In this document: one piece after another, positions 8,900-18,100 of the stretch | Layout: every line of letters starts with the position of its first letter | Position numbering within the stretch: position 1 is the stretch's first letter | Assembly: GCA_903911145.1 (NCBI GenBank) | Contig: CAIWCD010000003.1 | Coordinates: 642 to 64,641, forward strand | DNA from: an uncultured delta proteobacterium | GTDB lineage: Bacteria > Myxococcota > Myxococcia > Myxococcales > 40CM-4-68-19 | Reading direction: 5' to 3' | DNA: 64,000 nt | Notes under the pieces: model-generated | The model's database searches: none | Told to the model about the DNA's origin: nothing | What the model saw: only the letters and a program-made list of their open reading frames with translations | Made by a program: the position numbers and the translations under genes

Positions 8900-9146
8900 G
8901 AGGAACGTAACGGGAACGTAATCGATGGGCGTGAGGACGTTTCCGACCCGGTACAAAGGCGCGCCTGACAGGAGTCGAACCTGTGGCCCGCGGCTTCGAA
9001 GGCGGCTGCTCTATTGGCTGGGCTCGGGAATATCTCAGAGCAGGAAGGCCGCGTCGGACGCGGGCTCTCGCACCGCAGAGTATCTGGCGAGAAGTTGGCC
9101 GCCTGGGTCCCGGATATGTCGGGAACGTAAGAGGAACGTAATCGAA
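8900..9146. repeat. repeat unit D (long form) with tRNA-Arg 3' fragment at 8958-9014
   Basis: Same structure as units A and B. ORFs 8859..9200 and 8925..9443 lie entirely within the repeat and are spurious. Confidence 0.8.
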
Positions 9147-9196
9147 GGGGTTGGACGGACTCCGGATAAACTCGGAGGCAGCCAAAGTGACTCGCT

Positions 9197-9604
9197 TCAC
9201 GCAGGCTTCAGCACGAAGTCTCTACCGGTCACGATAGAAAGGAGCTTCTGTAGCTTGTCGACAGTAGGAACGGATGCGCCTTGCTCGTACCGGGCGTACG
9301 CATTCCTCGACGACTGCCCGAGCCGTTTCGATACCTCGGCCAACGACAGACCGTGCGCCTCTCGCTGCCGACGCAACATCAGCGCAGTGAGGGTAGCAGT
9401 ATCGGAAGATCCAACCTCGATCGACTCCCCCGCGAGGCCGTAAACCATCGCTCGAAACCCCTTCTGATCGGTGAGGGACTCGATCGCGTCAACGATCATA
9501 GCAAGAGCCTCCTTGCGAGATCGGCCTTGCGTCATCAAGTCCAGCATCGGTACTTCGACGAGCCAGAACTTGCCGTCCTTCCAGACGCGTCCTTCGAACC
9601 TCAT
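9197..9604 (-). CDS. hicB: HicB-family antitoxin
   Basis: The 135-aa product MRFEGRVWKDGKFWLVEVPMLDLMTQGRSRKEALAMIVDAIESL has the HicB N-domain and a C-terminal DNA-binding region (LSLAEVSKRLGQSSRNAYARYEQG). It overlaps hicA by 4 nt. Confidence 0.8.
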   Translation of the reverse strand: MRFEGRVWKDGKFWLVEVPMLDLMTQGRSRKEALAMIVDAIESLTDQKGFRAMVYGLAGESIEVGSSDTATLTALMLRRQREAHGLSLAEVSKRLGQSSRNAYARYEQGASVPTVDKLQKLLSIVTGRDFVLKPA

Positions 9605-9774
9605 TTGGCACCTGCCTTCTTCAAGATTTTCCGAGCGAGAAGCTCGTTGATTTCCGCGTGACGAGGGATCGGCTCTTCCTCTTTCCCGTTGGTCCAGATG
9701 TCATGGTTCCCGCCGTGACGAAGGAAGTGCCATCCAGCTTGGGTGAGCTTTCGCTCGAGTTCTCGCCTCTTCAC
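9601..9774 (-). CDS. hicA: HicA-family toxin (GTG start)
   Basis: The 57-aa product VKRRELERKLTQAGWHFLRHGGNHDIWTNGKEEEPIPRHAEINELLARKILKKAGAK is HicA/YcfA-like. The GTG maps to cac at 9772-9774. The longer ORF to 9894 was rejected. Confidence 0.75.
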   Translation of the reverse strand: MKRRELERKLTQAGWHFLRHGGNHDIWTNGKEEEPIPRHAEINELLARKILKKAGAK

Positions 9775-9964
9775 GGAAGCAGTGTACACGGATCGGTGTT
9801 CACCTACAACCAGGAACCACCGAACCGCCGTCGAGAGCAGGGCTCGGGACGGCGGGGCTGTCGGGACCGAGCGAGTTGCCCACGAGGGAAACACAACGTC
9901 GTCGGGTCGGCGGCGACGGCTGGTCAGTACTCAACCCGATACCGAGAACTAACACTCTAACTGG

Positions 9965-10014
9965 ACGGGAACGGGGGCAGGTCAACAGGAGTCGAACCTG
10001 TGGCCCGCGGCTTC
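9965..10014. repeat. repeat unit E (degenerate short form) with tRNA-Arg fragment 9986-10014
   Basis: Contains gacgggaacgggggcag followed by caggagtcgaacctgtggcccgcggcttc, then diverges. Confidence 0.65.
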
Positions 10015-10031
10015 TTGCTGGCCGCTTGCTT

Positions 10032-10634
10032 CTAATCCCCCCTCACTTGAACGTCTTTGAACTGTTCGCTCGCAGCCAACGCAGCGCGAATCGCTTCGAC
10101 CAGCGACCGGAACTCGCTGGATGCCCGACGAGGCGGCCTGGTGTCTGGCGAGAGCTTCCGCACGAGGAGCGGCGCAGCGAAGATGACGAGAACCGCCATG
10201 ACAAGCATTCCAATCAGGAACGACCAGAACCAGCGCATTGCTAGCGCTGCACCGTGCATCCCGTGACCTCCGCGAACCCCGAAGATGCACGCACCGAGCA
10301 TGGCAATGCAGACCGCCCCAGCGAATATGGAATTGACGATGAGTCCATGGGCGCGACTTGGCCTTGCCTCCTCGGTGACCTCGATATTCCAGAGCAGGGA
10401 TCGGGGCAGGGTCTGACTCTGGAGTGTCGTGGCCAACCAGATGCTCTGCGTCGCGCCAGCGGCGGTGCGGGTTGCTTGCCAGCCAAACTCTTCGCCGTCA
10501 TGCACGGGTTCAACCGTCCAACTGCTCCTGCCGTCGACAAGCAGCGCATCGATGAGTGTCAACTCCTCGAGTTGCGCCCATTCCATCACCGACGGCGGAG
10601 TCAGGCTGGTCGCGCGGAATGATCTCGAAGACAT
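10032..10634 (-). CDS. hypothetical membrane protein (~200 aa, two or more TM helices)
   Basis: The start was moved to the ATG at 10632-10634, just outside repeat F. TM segments include IVNSIFAGAVCIAMLGACIFGV and WFWSFLIGMLVMAVLVIFAAPLLV. Confidence 0.55.
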   Translation of the reverse strand: MSSRSFRATSLTPPSVMEWAQLEELTLIDALLVDGRSSWTVEPVHDGEEFGWQATRTAAGATQSIWLATTLQSQTLPRSLLWNIEVTEEARPSRAHGLIVNSIFAGAVCIAMLGACIFGVRGGHGMHGAALAMRWFWSFLIGMLVMAVLVIFAAPLLVRKLSPDTRPPRRASSEFRSLVEAIRAALAASEQFKDVQVRGD

Positions 10635-10643
10635 CGTGCTCTC

Positions 10644-10740
10644 GGGAACGTAACGGGAACGTAATCGGTGGGCTCGCGGGCGTTTCCGAGCTGATGAAAA
10701 GGCGCGCCTGACAGGAGTCGAACCTGTGGCCCGCGGCTTC
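10644..10740. repeat. repeat unit F (short form) with tRNA-Arg 3' fragment 10701-10740
   Basis: Contains gggaacgtaacgggaacgtaatcggtgggctcgcgggcgtttccga and the tRNA 3' part down to the anticodon-loop position. Confidence 0.8.
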
Positions 10741-10868
10741 GGCGTGGCGACATCTCGCCTGGCCACAACTCCGAGGAGCTGGCTCGTGGTTGACTGGACT
10801 TCGAGTATTCGTTTCTCGATCAACGCCCCAACTGGTCCCGGCACGCGGAGTTGACGGCTGCGACGCAG

Positions 10869-11801
10869 CTACTCCGGGTCCGACGTCTTCCGCGCAAGTT
10901 GAGCAAGCTGCTGTTCGTTCACGCGACCACTGTCGAGGTTGAACTCCAACTCGACTGCGAACCGAACCTGAGTGACGTCGGATCTTCTGCCTCCCTGAAC
11001 GAATTCGATGAAGGCAGGTGGCCGCGACGGTGCACCGCCTGTGGATAGCTCGGCGAAGCAGGGCGAGACGTAGCCGTTCGTCGCGAGTTCGACGTAGCCA
11101 AAGCGTGCGTCGCGCGCGATGACGCCCTCGGTGATCCGTCGGAGATCGAGATACTGCACCTTCCAAGACGAGTCGTCACCCCAGTAGCAACCCCATACGA
11201 AGCCGAAATCGCCCACAGGCCACTCGTGTCGAGCGTCCCAGTATTCACTCCCGGGGATGATCGAGTCGTCGTGCAGATCCCACCAGTCCGGAACGTAGAA
11301 GCCGACTGGACAGAACCCGCTCCCGGGCGTCTCTTCTGTCTCCTCTGCGATCACTTCACCCGAGGCCAGGTCGAGGACTGCTGTCCTTGTATAGTCGCGT
11401 GAGATAAGCGCGAACTCCCGATTCCCTCGACGGAACGGCTCGAACGTCTGCAGCGTTGAGTAGTTGCGTTCGTAAGCGCAGATCTGCTCAGGCTCCTTCC
11501 CTGGCAGACGGCGAAAGACCTCGACGAGGGAAGAAACCCATTCGCCGGACGCCTTGGATCGGTTTGTATCTCGGACGAGGTAGCGGTCGCGTGGTTTCGA
11601 GCGTGACGGGATCTCGAAGTCCGTCTCGACAACGTGCTCGCGAATGACGAAGCCCTTGTCGTGCCGCGCGGCCCAGTTCTGTGCAGCAAGCTTTACGACT
11701 GCGGCCTCGGCTTTCTCGCGGGAGTAATACGCGCCGAAGTAGGCGTCCGTCTCGCGGCCGCCGTGTATCCCGTACACCCGAAAGATCACGTCGCCGCGCA
11801 T
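10869..11801 (-). CDS. hypothetical protein (310 aa), Trp/Tyr-rich, no recognisable domain
   Basis: A GC3-biased ORF. Its translation is not Arg-rich, unlike the antisense frames. Confidence 0.55.
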   Translation of the reverse strand: MRGDVIFRVYGIHGGRETDAYFGAYYSREKAEAAVVKLAAQNWAARHDKGFVIREHVVETDFEIPSRSKPRDRYLVRDTNRSKASGEWVSSLVEVFRRLPGKEPEQICAYERNYSTLQTFEPFRRGNREFALISRDYTRTAVLDLASGEVIAEETEETPGSGFCPVGFYVPDWWDLHDDSIIPGSEYWDARHEWPVGDFGFVWGCYWGDDSSWKVQYLDLRRITEGVIARDARFGYVELATNGYVSPCFAELSTGGAPSRPPAFIEFVQGGRRSDVTQVRFAVELEFNLDSGRVNEQQLAQLARKTSDPE

Positions 11802-11931
11802 TCGCGCATCATAGACAGAAGCGATAGGAAAGTGAACGCGCCTTGACGGGAGTCATGCAGTCAAATTTTCGCCGGGAACGTAACGGGAACGTAATCGGTG
11901 GGCTCGCGGGCGTTTCCGACCCGGTGAAAGG

Positions 11932-12005
11932 CGCGCCTGACAGGAGTCGAACCTGTGGCCCGCGGCTTCGAAGGCCGCTGCTCTATCCAGCTGAGCTACA
12001 GGCGC
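11932..12005 (-). tRNA. tRNA-Arg (anticodon TCG), intact
   Basis: Manual cloverleaf fold: 7-bp acceptor GCGCCTG/CAGGCGC, D-stem GCTC/GAGC, anticodon stem GCGGC/GCCGC with loop CTTCGAA (anticodon TCG, C35, A20), T-arm ACAGG-TTCGACT-CCTGT, G73. The 3' flank (11874-11931) carries the gggaacgtaacgggaacgtaatcg motif shared by all repeat units. Confidence 0.9.
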
Positions 12006-12277
12006 GTGCGGCTATTGTTCAGAGGGGGATGCGTAGCGTCAAGAACCTTCGGCGAGGACTGCGTTTGCCCATCGAGGAGATGAGCCGCGCGCCGCGGTCG
12101 TTCGGGGTGCTCCAGCGAGGCTCGATCGATCGCGCAATTCGCACGGCGGCCGCGACGGGTTCATTGCGAGATGCAATTCGGCGAAGGTGCAGCGCAACCG
12201 CTCTCGAGGGCGCGCGGCGAACCCTGCGTGGCACGGCGGGTGCTTTTCGAACGGAGTCGAGAAACGAGATCGCCCCG

Positions 12278-13207
12278 ATGAAACCCGGACACCCGCTCAA
12301 GACGCTCCTGCTCATGCTGCCGACGGCAGCTCTGTTTGCTCTTCTGGTCTTCGTCGCGCTTCGATCGCGCAGCGATGAGGCGCGGGCCGAGCAGCTCTCG
12401 TCCCGACTTCGCCGAATCGATCTGACGGAGAGTATGCGCCTCGCGCTGGTGACGGCCTCGGACGCGGAGCGCAGCGCGGTCTTGGCAGTCACGGATGAAG
12501 AGTCTCAGACGTATGCAGATCGAGCGCGCAGTTCGCTGGCGACAGTGGAGCGGCTGCGCGGCGAACTCTCGCCCCTCGTCGCGGCGGGCGAGCCTGCGAC
12601 AGGGAAGGCACTCCTCGACAGATTCGCATCCGCCTTTGAGACTTTCCGGAAACTCGACTCTGAGATCCTGAGCCTCTCCGTCAAGAATACAAATCTCAAG
12701 GCCTATGGTCTTGCGCATGGTCCTGCGGCCCAATCGGTTGCGGAGATGGACGCGGCACTCTCTCGGCTGATCGACAACACGGGCAGTTCGAGGGAGATTC
12801 TTCTGGGCGCGTCTCAGACCCTGATTGGAATCTTGAGAATCCAGGCGCTGCTTGCCCCGCACATCGCAGAAGAGAACGACCAGAAGATGGATGAATTGGA
12901 AGCGAGCATGACCCGGGAAGACGTGCGCGTTCGACAGCAACTCAGCGCGCTCTCGGCACTGCCGCCGCTGCGCAACGATGCTGCCTTAGCGGCCGTCCGC
13001 GCGAACTATGAGCGGTTCAGTGAACTGCGCGCGCAAATTCTCAAGCTCTCCCGGGAGAACACCAACGTACGTTCGCTGTCGCTTGCCCTCGACCCGAATC
13101 GCGCGCGGTCCATGGCATCGTGTCAGGACGCGCTGGCCGCGTTGAAGCAGGCCTTCACGGAAACAGCGGCGATTCCGCCCGCGCCGACCAACCCGCGGCA
13201 TCTTTAG
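12278..13207 (+). CDS. membrane-anchored helical sensor-like protein (possible 4-helix-bundle MCP-type ligand-binding domain), no output domain
   Basis: An N-terminal TM helix (MKPGHPLKTLLLMLPTAALFALLVFVAL) is followed by about 280 aa of amphipathic helices. The upstream Arg-rich extension across the tRNA (ORF 11843..) was rejected. An alternative ATG lies at 12029. Confidence 0.45.
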   Translation: MKPGHPLKTLLLMLPTAALFALLVFVALRSRSDEARAEQLSSRLRRIDLTESMRLALVTASDAERSAVLAVTDEESQTYADRARSSLATVERLRGELSPLVAAGEPATGKALLDRFASAFETFRKLDSEILSLSVKNTNLKAYGLAHGPAAQSVAEMDAALSRLIDNTGSSREILLGASQTLIGILRIQALLAPHIAEENDQKMDELEASMTREDVRVRQQLSALSALPPLRNDAALAAVRANYERFSELRAQILKLSRENTNVRSLSLALDPNRARSMASCQDALAALKQAFTETAAIPPAPTNPRHL

Positions 13208-13246
13208 TTCACTGTCGTGTAACGTCCAGGCATCCAGGGAGCGTGC

Positions 13247-15116
13247 ATGGCCGTATTGGATTGGCTGATCGGACGACATCTCTCCTCGCACGAGGAGGAT
13301 GAGCAGCATATCGGTCTGGCTGCCGGGATCCCCGTGCTCGGCCTCGACGCACTCTCCTCTGCGGCCTACGGCCCCGAGGCCGCGCTGACGCTGCTGTTGC
13401 CGCTCGGCGCGCTGGGGCTTGCGTATATCGGTCCCATCAGCGCGCTCATCAGCGTCATTCTGCTCGTCGTCTTCTTCTCCTATCGGCAGACGATCTCGGC
13501 ATATCCCGGCGGAGGCGGCTCCTATACCGTCGCGAAGGAGAACCTGGGACCGCGCTTTGCCCTGCTGGCCGGGGCCGCGCTGGCGCTCGATTACACCCTG
13601 AACGTCGCGGTTGGAATCTCAGCCGGCGTCGGCGCGCTGGTCTCGGCAATTCCGGAACTATTGCCTCACACCGTGATGCTGTGCCTGCTGACCTTACTCG
13701 TCCTGACCATCGTGAACCTGCGTGGAATCCGGGAGTCCGGGTTTGTATTCATGGCGCCGACCTATCTGTTCATCGCGGCGCTGGGCATTGTGCTCGCGAT
13801 TGGAATTGCCAAGTCCGTCGTGAGCGGCGGACATCCCATACCGGTCGATCCTCCTCCATCGCTGCCACTCCCCACCGAGGCCTTGAGCATCTGGATCGTG
13901 GTGCGCGCCTTCGCAAGCGGATGCACCGCGATGACCGGCGTGGAAGCCGTATCGAATGCAGTGCCTATATTCCGCAAGCCGACGATCCAGGTCGCGCAGC
14001 GCACGCTGACGGCAATCATCCTGATCCTGATTGCTCTCCTGGGAGGGATTGCCTACCTGTCTACGACCTATCGAATCGGCGCAACGGCGCCAGGCGAAGC
14101 GGGATATCAGAGTGTGCTGTCAATGCTGGTGGGTGCAGTCATCGGTCGCGGTCCATTCTACTATGTGACCATTGGATCGGTCGTCGCCGTGCTCGCGCTC
14201 TCCGCCAATACCAGTTTCGCGGACTTCCCCCGGCTCTGCCGTGTGCTCGCAGAAGATCGATTTCTCCCCGGCGGATTCGTCGAACGAGGGCGCCGCCTTG
14301 TCTACTCCTGGGGAATCATCTCGTTGGCCCTGCTCGCGGCGCTGCTGCTCATCGCGTTCGACGGAATCACCGATCGATTAATCCCCCTGTTTGCAATCGG
14401 AGCATTCCTCGCATTCACGGTGTCCCAGGCGGGCATGGTGATCTATTGGAGGCGTGTCGGCGGCCGCGAGTCCCGCGTTTCCATGCCACTCAGCGCTGCC
14501 GGTGCAATCGCGACGGGGTTGACGCTGATCGTCGTCGCTGTTTCCAAATTCTCCGACGGCGCCTGGTTGACCCTCGTATTTGTCCCGCTGCTGACATTCC
14601 TCTTCATGCGGGTCAATCGCCATTACCGGGGCATCTCAGAACAGATCGCCACCATAGAACCGCTGGAGATGCCGGCACCACAGAGTCCGATCGCGGTCCT
14701 CGCTGCCGCGTCGTGGAACAAGATGACCCAGCACGGGCTCAAGTTCGCGATCCGCCTCTCGCCGGAAGTCTATGTCGTGCAGATCAAGACCGAGCGCGAC
14801 AACACTGAAGACCTCTCAGATAACTGGACGCTCCTCGTCGGAAGCCGCGCGCGCCGCAGGGATCGCCGAACCCAGGCTCGTCGTCCTCTCCTCGAACTAT
14901 CGACAGTTCTTTACCCCGTTCGTCGATTTCGTCATCGCGCTCGAGAGGGACAATCCCGGGCGCGATATCGTCGTCGTCGTACCGGATCTGGTCATGACCC
15001 GTTGGTATGAAGGCATCCTGCACAACAACCGCGGCGCAATCTTGAGAACCCTGCTGCGGCGACAGTGCGGTTCGCGCGTCGTTGTCGTCGACACGCCCTA
15101 CCACCTTCATTCCTGA
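13247..15116 (+). pseudogene. APC-family amino-acid permease with apparent +1 frameshift near 14835-14850 (reading frame continues in ORF 14772..15116)
   Basis: The product has 12 or more TM helices with APC-type composition. The C-terminal cytoplasmic domain (PRLVVLSSNYRQFFTPFVDFVIALERDNPGRDIVVVVPDLV...) is in a different frame, and the original frame decays into Arg-rich text after ...DNWTLLV. The shift site lies in a gcgcgcgcc run. Confidence 0.6.
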
Positions 15117-15138
15117 ACGCGGGGTTCGCAACGGGCCC

Positions 15139-18100
15139 TTATCGGCCGAGCACCACCGCAGCGCTCGCTCCGCCGTAATTGGTGATCGCGATGTCCGGCT
15201 TTCCGTCGCCGTCGAGATCCCCGACGGCGACTCCGATCGCAACGCTCGAGCCCACAGGATATTGCGACGCGCCGGAAAAGGTTCCATCTCCGACGCCATA
15301 GAGAATCGAGAGGCTGCCGCTCGCAACCACGAGATCGGGCTTACCATCTCCATTCATATCCTTCACTGCAATCGCCGAGGGACCGGAGCCGACCTGGTAT
15401 GTCGCGGGTGACGCATTCACGAATGTGCCGTGGCCCGTGCCGAGCAGAATCGAAACCGTCGCATCGCCGCTGTTGCAGACCGCGAGATCGGGTTTCCCAT
15501 CGCCATTCAGATCGGCGATGGCAACGCCCATTGGAGCGGCCCCGACCGGATAGAGCGTGACACTCGGGAAGGTTCCATCGCCATTGCCAAGCAGGACCGA
15601 GATCGTCTGATTCCCCGACGCGCCACCGCCGCTGTTCACCACCACGAGGTCGAGCTTTCCATCGCCATTCAGATCGGCAGCCTCGACGGAGACCGGCCAG
15701 TTTCCTTGCGTGGCATAGCTGACCGCAGACGCGAAGGTTCCGTTTCCATTCCCCAACAGAATCGACAGACCTTCATTATTGCCATTCACGTTCACCACCG
15801 CGAGGTCACTCTTTCCGTCGCCATTGAAATCACCGATCGTGATTCCGGTTGGCGTGACCGGCACGGTGTATTTCACCGCAGGAAAATAGGTTCCATTCGA
15901 CCGGCCCAGGAGTACCGACACGGACTGATCGTTGTAATCACTCACCGCAAGATCAGGGATCCCATCGCCATTCAGATCTCCGACGGCAACGCCCGAGGGA
16001 ACGGCGCCGACCGCAGCGTTCACTGCGGCCGCGAACGTACCATCACCATTTCCATGCAGAATCGAAACGCTGCTGCTGTTGGAGTTGGCGACAACCAGGT
16101 CGAGCTTTCCATCGCCATTCAGGTCGGCCATCGCCAGCGCGTCCGGCGCGGAGCCGGTTGCGAAACTGGAGACCGTCGCGAAGGTGCCGTGGCCTTCACC
16201 GAGCACGACAGAGACGATATCCACGCCATGATTCGCGACAAGAAAATCCATCTTCCCATCACCGTTGATATCCGCGAGGGCAACTGAATAGGGCCGAGGC
16301 CCGGACGCGAGCACCGCGGCTGCGCCGAACGTTCCATTCCCCACGCCGTCGAGCACGGAGATATCTCCATTGAACTCATCGGCGACAACCAGATCGGGAA
16401 CGCCGTCGCCGTTCATATCCGCGATTGCAATCGACCAGAGCACACCCTGGACGGTGTAATCGACCGCATCGGTCACCGTACCGTCTCCACGGCCACGCAG
16501 GACAGAGACGGTATTGCCCTGCTGGTTCGCGACGGCGATATCGGGGATACCATCGCCATTCAGATCGGCAATCGCGATCGACATCGGAGTATTGCCAACG
16601 GGATGGGTCACCTGCGCGGCGTATCCCCCTGCCCCATCGCTGATCAAGATCGAGATGGAATTATCGGCCGAGTTCGCGACGATGATATCGGGGATTCCAT
16701 CCTCATTCAGATCCGCGAGCGCGACTGCGTCCGGCGATCTCCCGACGGGAAAGGGGCCGATATAGTTGAACGGCCCGGTTCCCGCGATACCCTTGAAGAT
16801 GACGACGTTGTTATCGCCGGAATTCGCCACCACGATATCGCTGATGCCGTCGCCGTCGATATCTCCCGCCGCGACCGCGACGCCGCCATTTCCGCTCGTC
16901 GACGTGATCGCGCCGGAGAAGGTGCCGTCGCCGCGACCGGAGAGGAACGAAAAGTCGCCGCTGGCACCTTCCACGGCCACCAGATCGAGCTTGCCGTCGC
17001 CGTCGAAGTCGCCCGCCACAAGCTGCATCGGCGTTCCATTGACCGCGAGGCTTGAGGCCGCGAAGAACCTTCCGTTGCCTTCACCGAGCAGCACAGCGAG
17101 CGTCGGTTGCCCCGCGTTGGCGACGACCGCGTCGGGCTTACCGTCGCCGTTGAAATCGGCCACCAGCACGGCCGAGGGAGACGAGCCGACGCGTTCAGAG
17201 AGCGGCGCGGCGAGCGAACTCTCGCAGGCGGCGGGTTCCTGGTTGAGCAATACCGAGACGGAATTATTGGATAGATTCGCGAACACGATATCGAGCTTCC
17301 CGTCGCGATTCACGTCGGCCACGGTCATCGCCGTCGAATCGCTCACGGGATAGGTGACGGGAGCAGCAAATCCGCCACCAGCAAGGCCGAGCATCACCGA
17401 AGCACCGGCGATGAGATCGGGAATACCATCGTGGTTCATATCCGCGATTGCGGCCGACTGCGGAAAGTTCCCCGACGGGTAATCGATATGGGCCTGGAAC
17501 GTTCCATCTCCGTTGCCGAGGAGAATCGAAACCGTGTTGTCCGAGGCGTTCGAAGCGGCAATGTCGGGCCTGCCGTCACCATTGATATCCCCGATGGTGA
17601 CCGCCTGAGAGAACGAACCGACCGCATAGTTCACCGCCTGCCCGAACGAACCGTCGCCGCGGCCGAGGAGGACGGAGACGTTGTGGGTCGAGCGATTGAC
17701 GACCACCGCGTCGAGCTTGCCATCGCCGTTGAGATCGCCCAGGACGACCGACTGCGACGCGCCTCCAGCGGTGTCGAAGTTGGTCGCGGCCGCGAACGTG
17801 CCGTCGCCGCGGCCGAGCATCACGGAGAGCGTGTTGTCGTAGAAGTTGCAGACGACGAGATCGGGCTTGCCATCATTGTCGAGATCTCCGATCGCCACCG
17901 ATTCCGGTCCGTTGCCGGCTGCGTAGTTGACGGCCGCGGCAAGACCGCCATCGCCCAGACCGAGAAAGACCGAGACGTTGTTGCCGGTGTTGTTGGCGGT
18001 GACGACATCGAGCTTGCCATCGCGGTTCAGATCGCCCAGCGCGAGTCCGAATGGAAACGTTCCCGCGTCATACGAGGCGGCCAGGCCGAAGGAGCCAGTG

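Larger units (their letters stand above)
1140..11931. mobile_element. tRNA-Arg-associated cassette/islet array (tandem tRNA-fragment repeats separating small gene cassettes); boundaries approximate
   Basis: Seven copies of the tRNA-Arg 3' region are spread over 10 kb, all in the same orientation. An intact tRNA sits at the right end. The cassettes hold TA modules and orphan genes. No integrase is seen. The left boundary is undefined and is placed after the FG-GAP gene. Confidence 0.45.

Noticed and set aside
1717-12005. CRISPR array interpretation of the direct repeats
   Set aside because: The repeats are 50-260 bp and contain a tRNA fragment. Spacers are kb-sized and contain genes. The 28-37-bp palindromic CRISPR repeat architecture is absent.
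11843-12277. N-terminal extension of ORF 11843..13207 across the tRNA gene
   Set aside because: It would translate the tRNA and repeat sequence in an Arg-rich frame. The start was moved to 12278, just before the TM helix.
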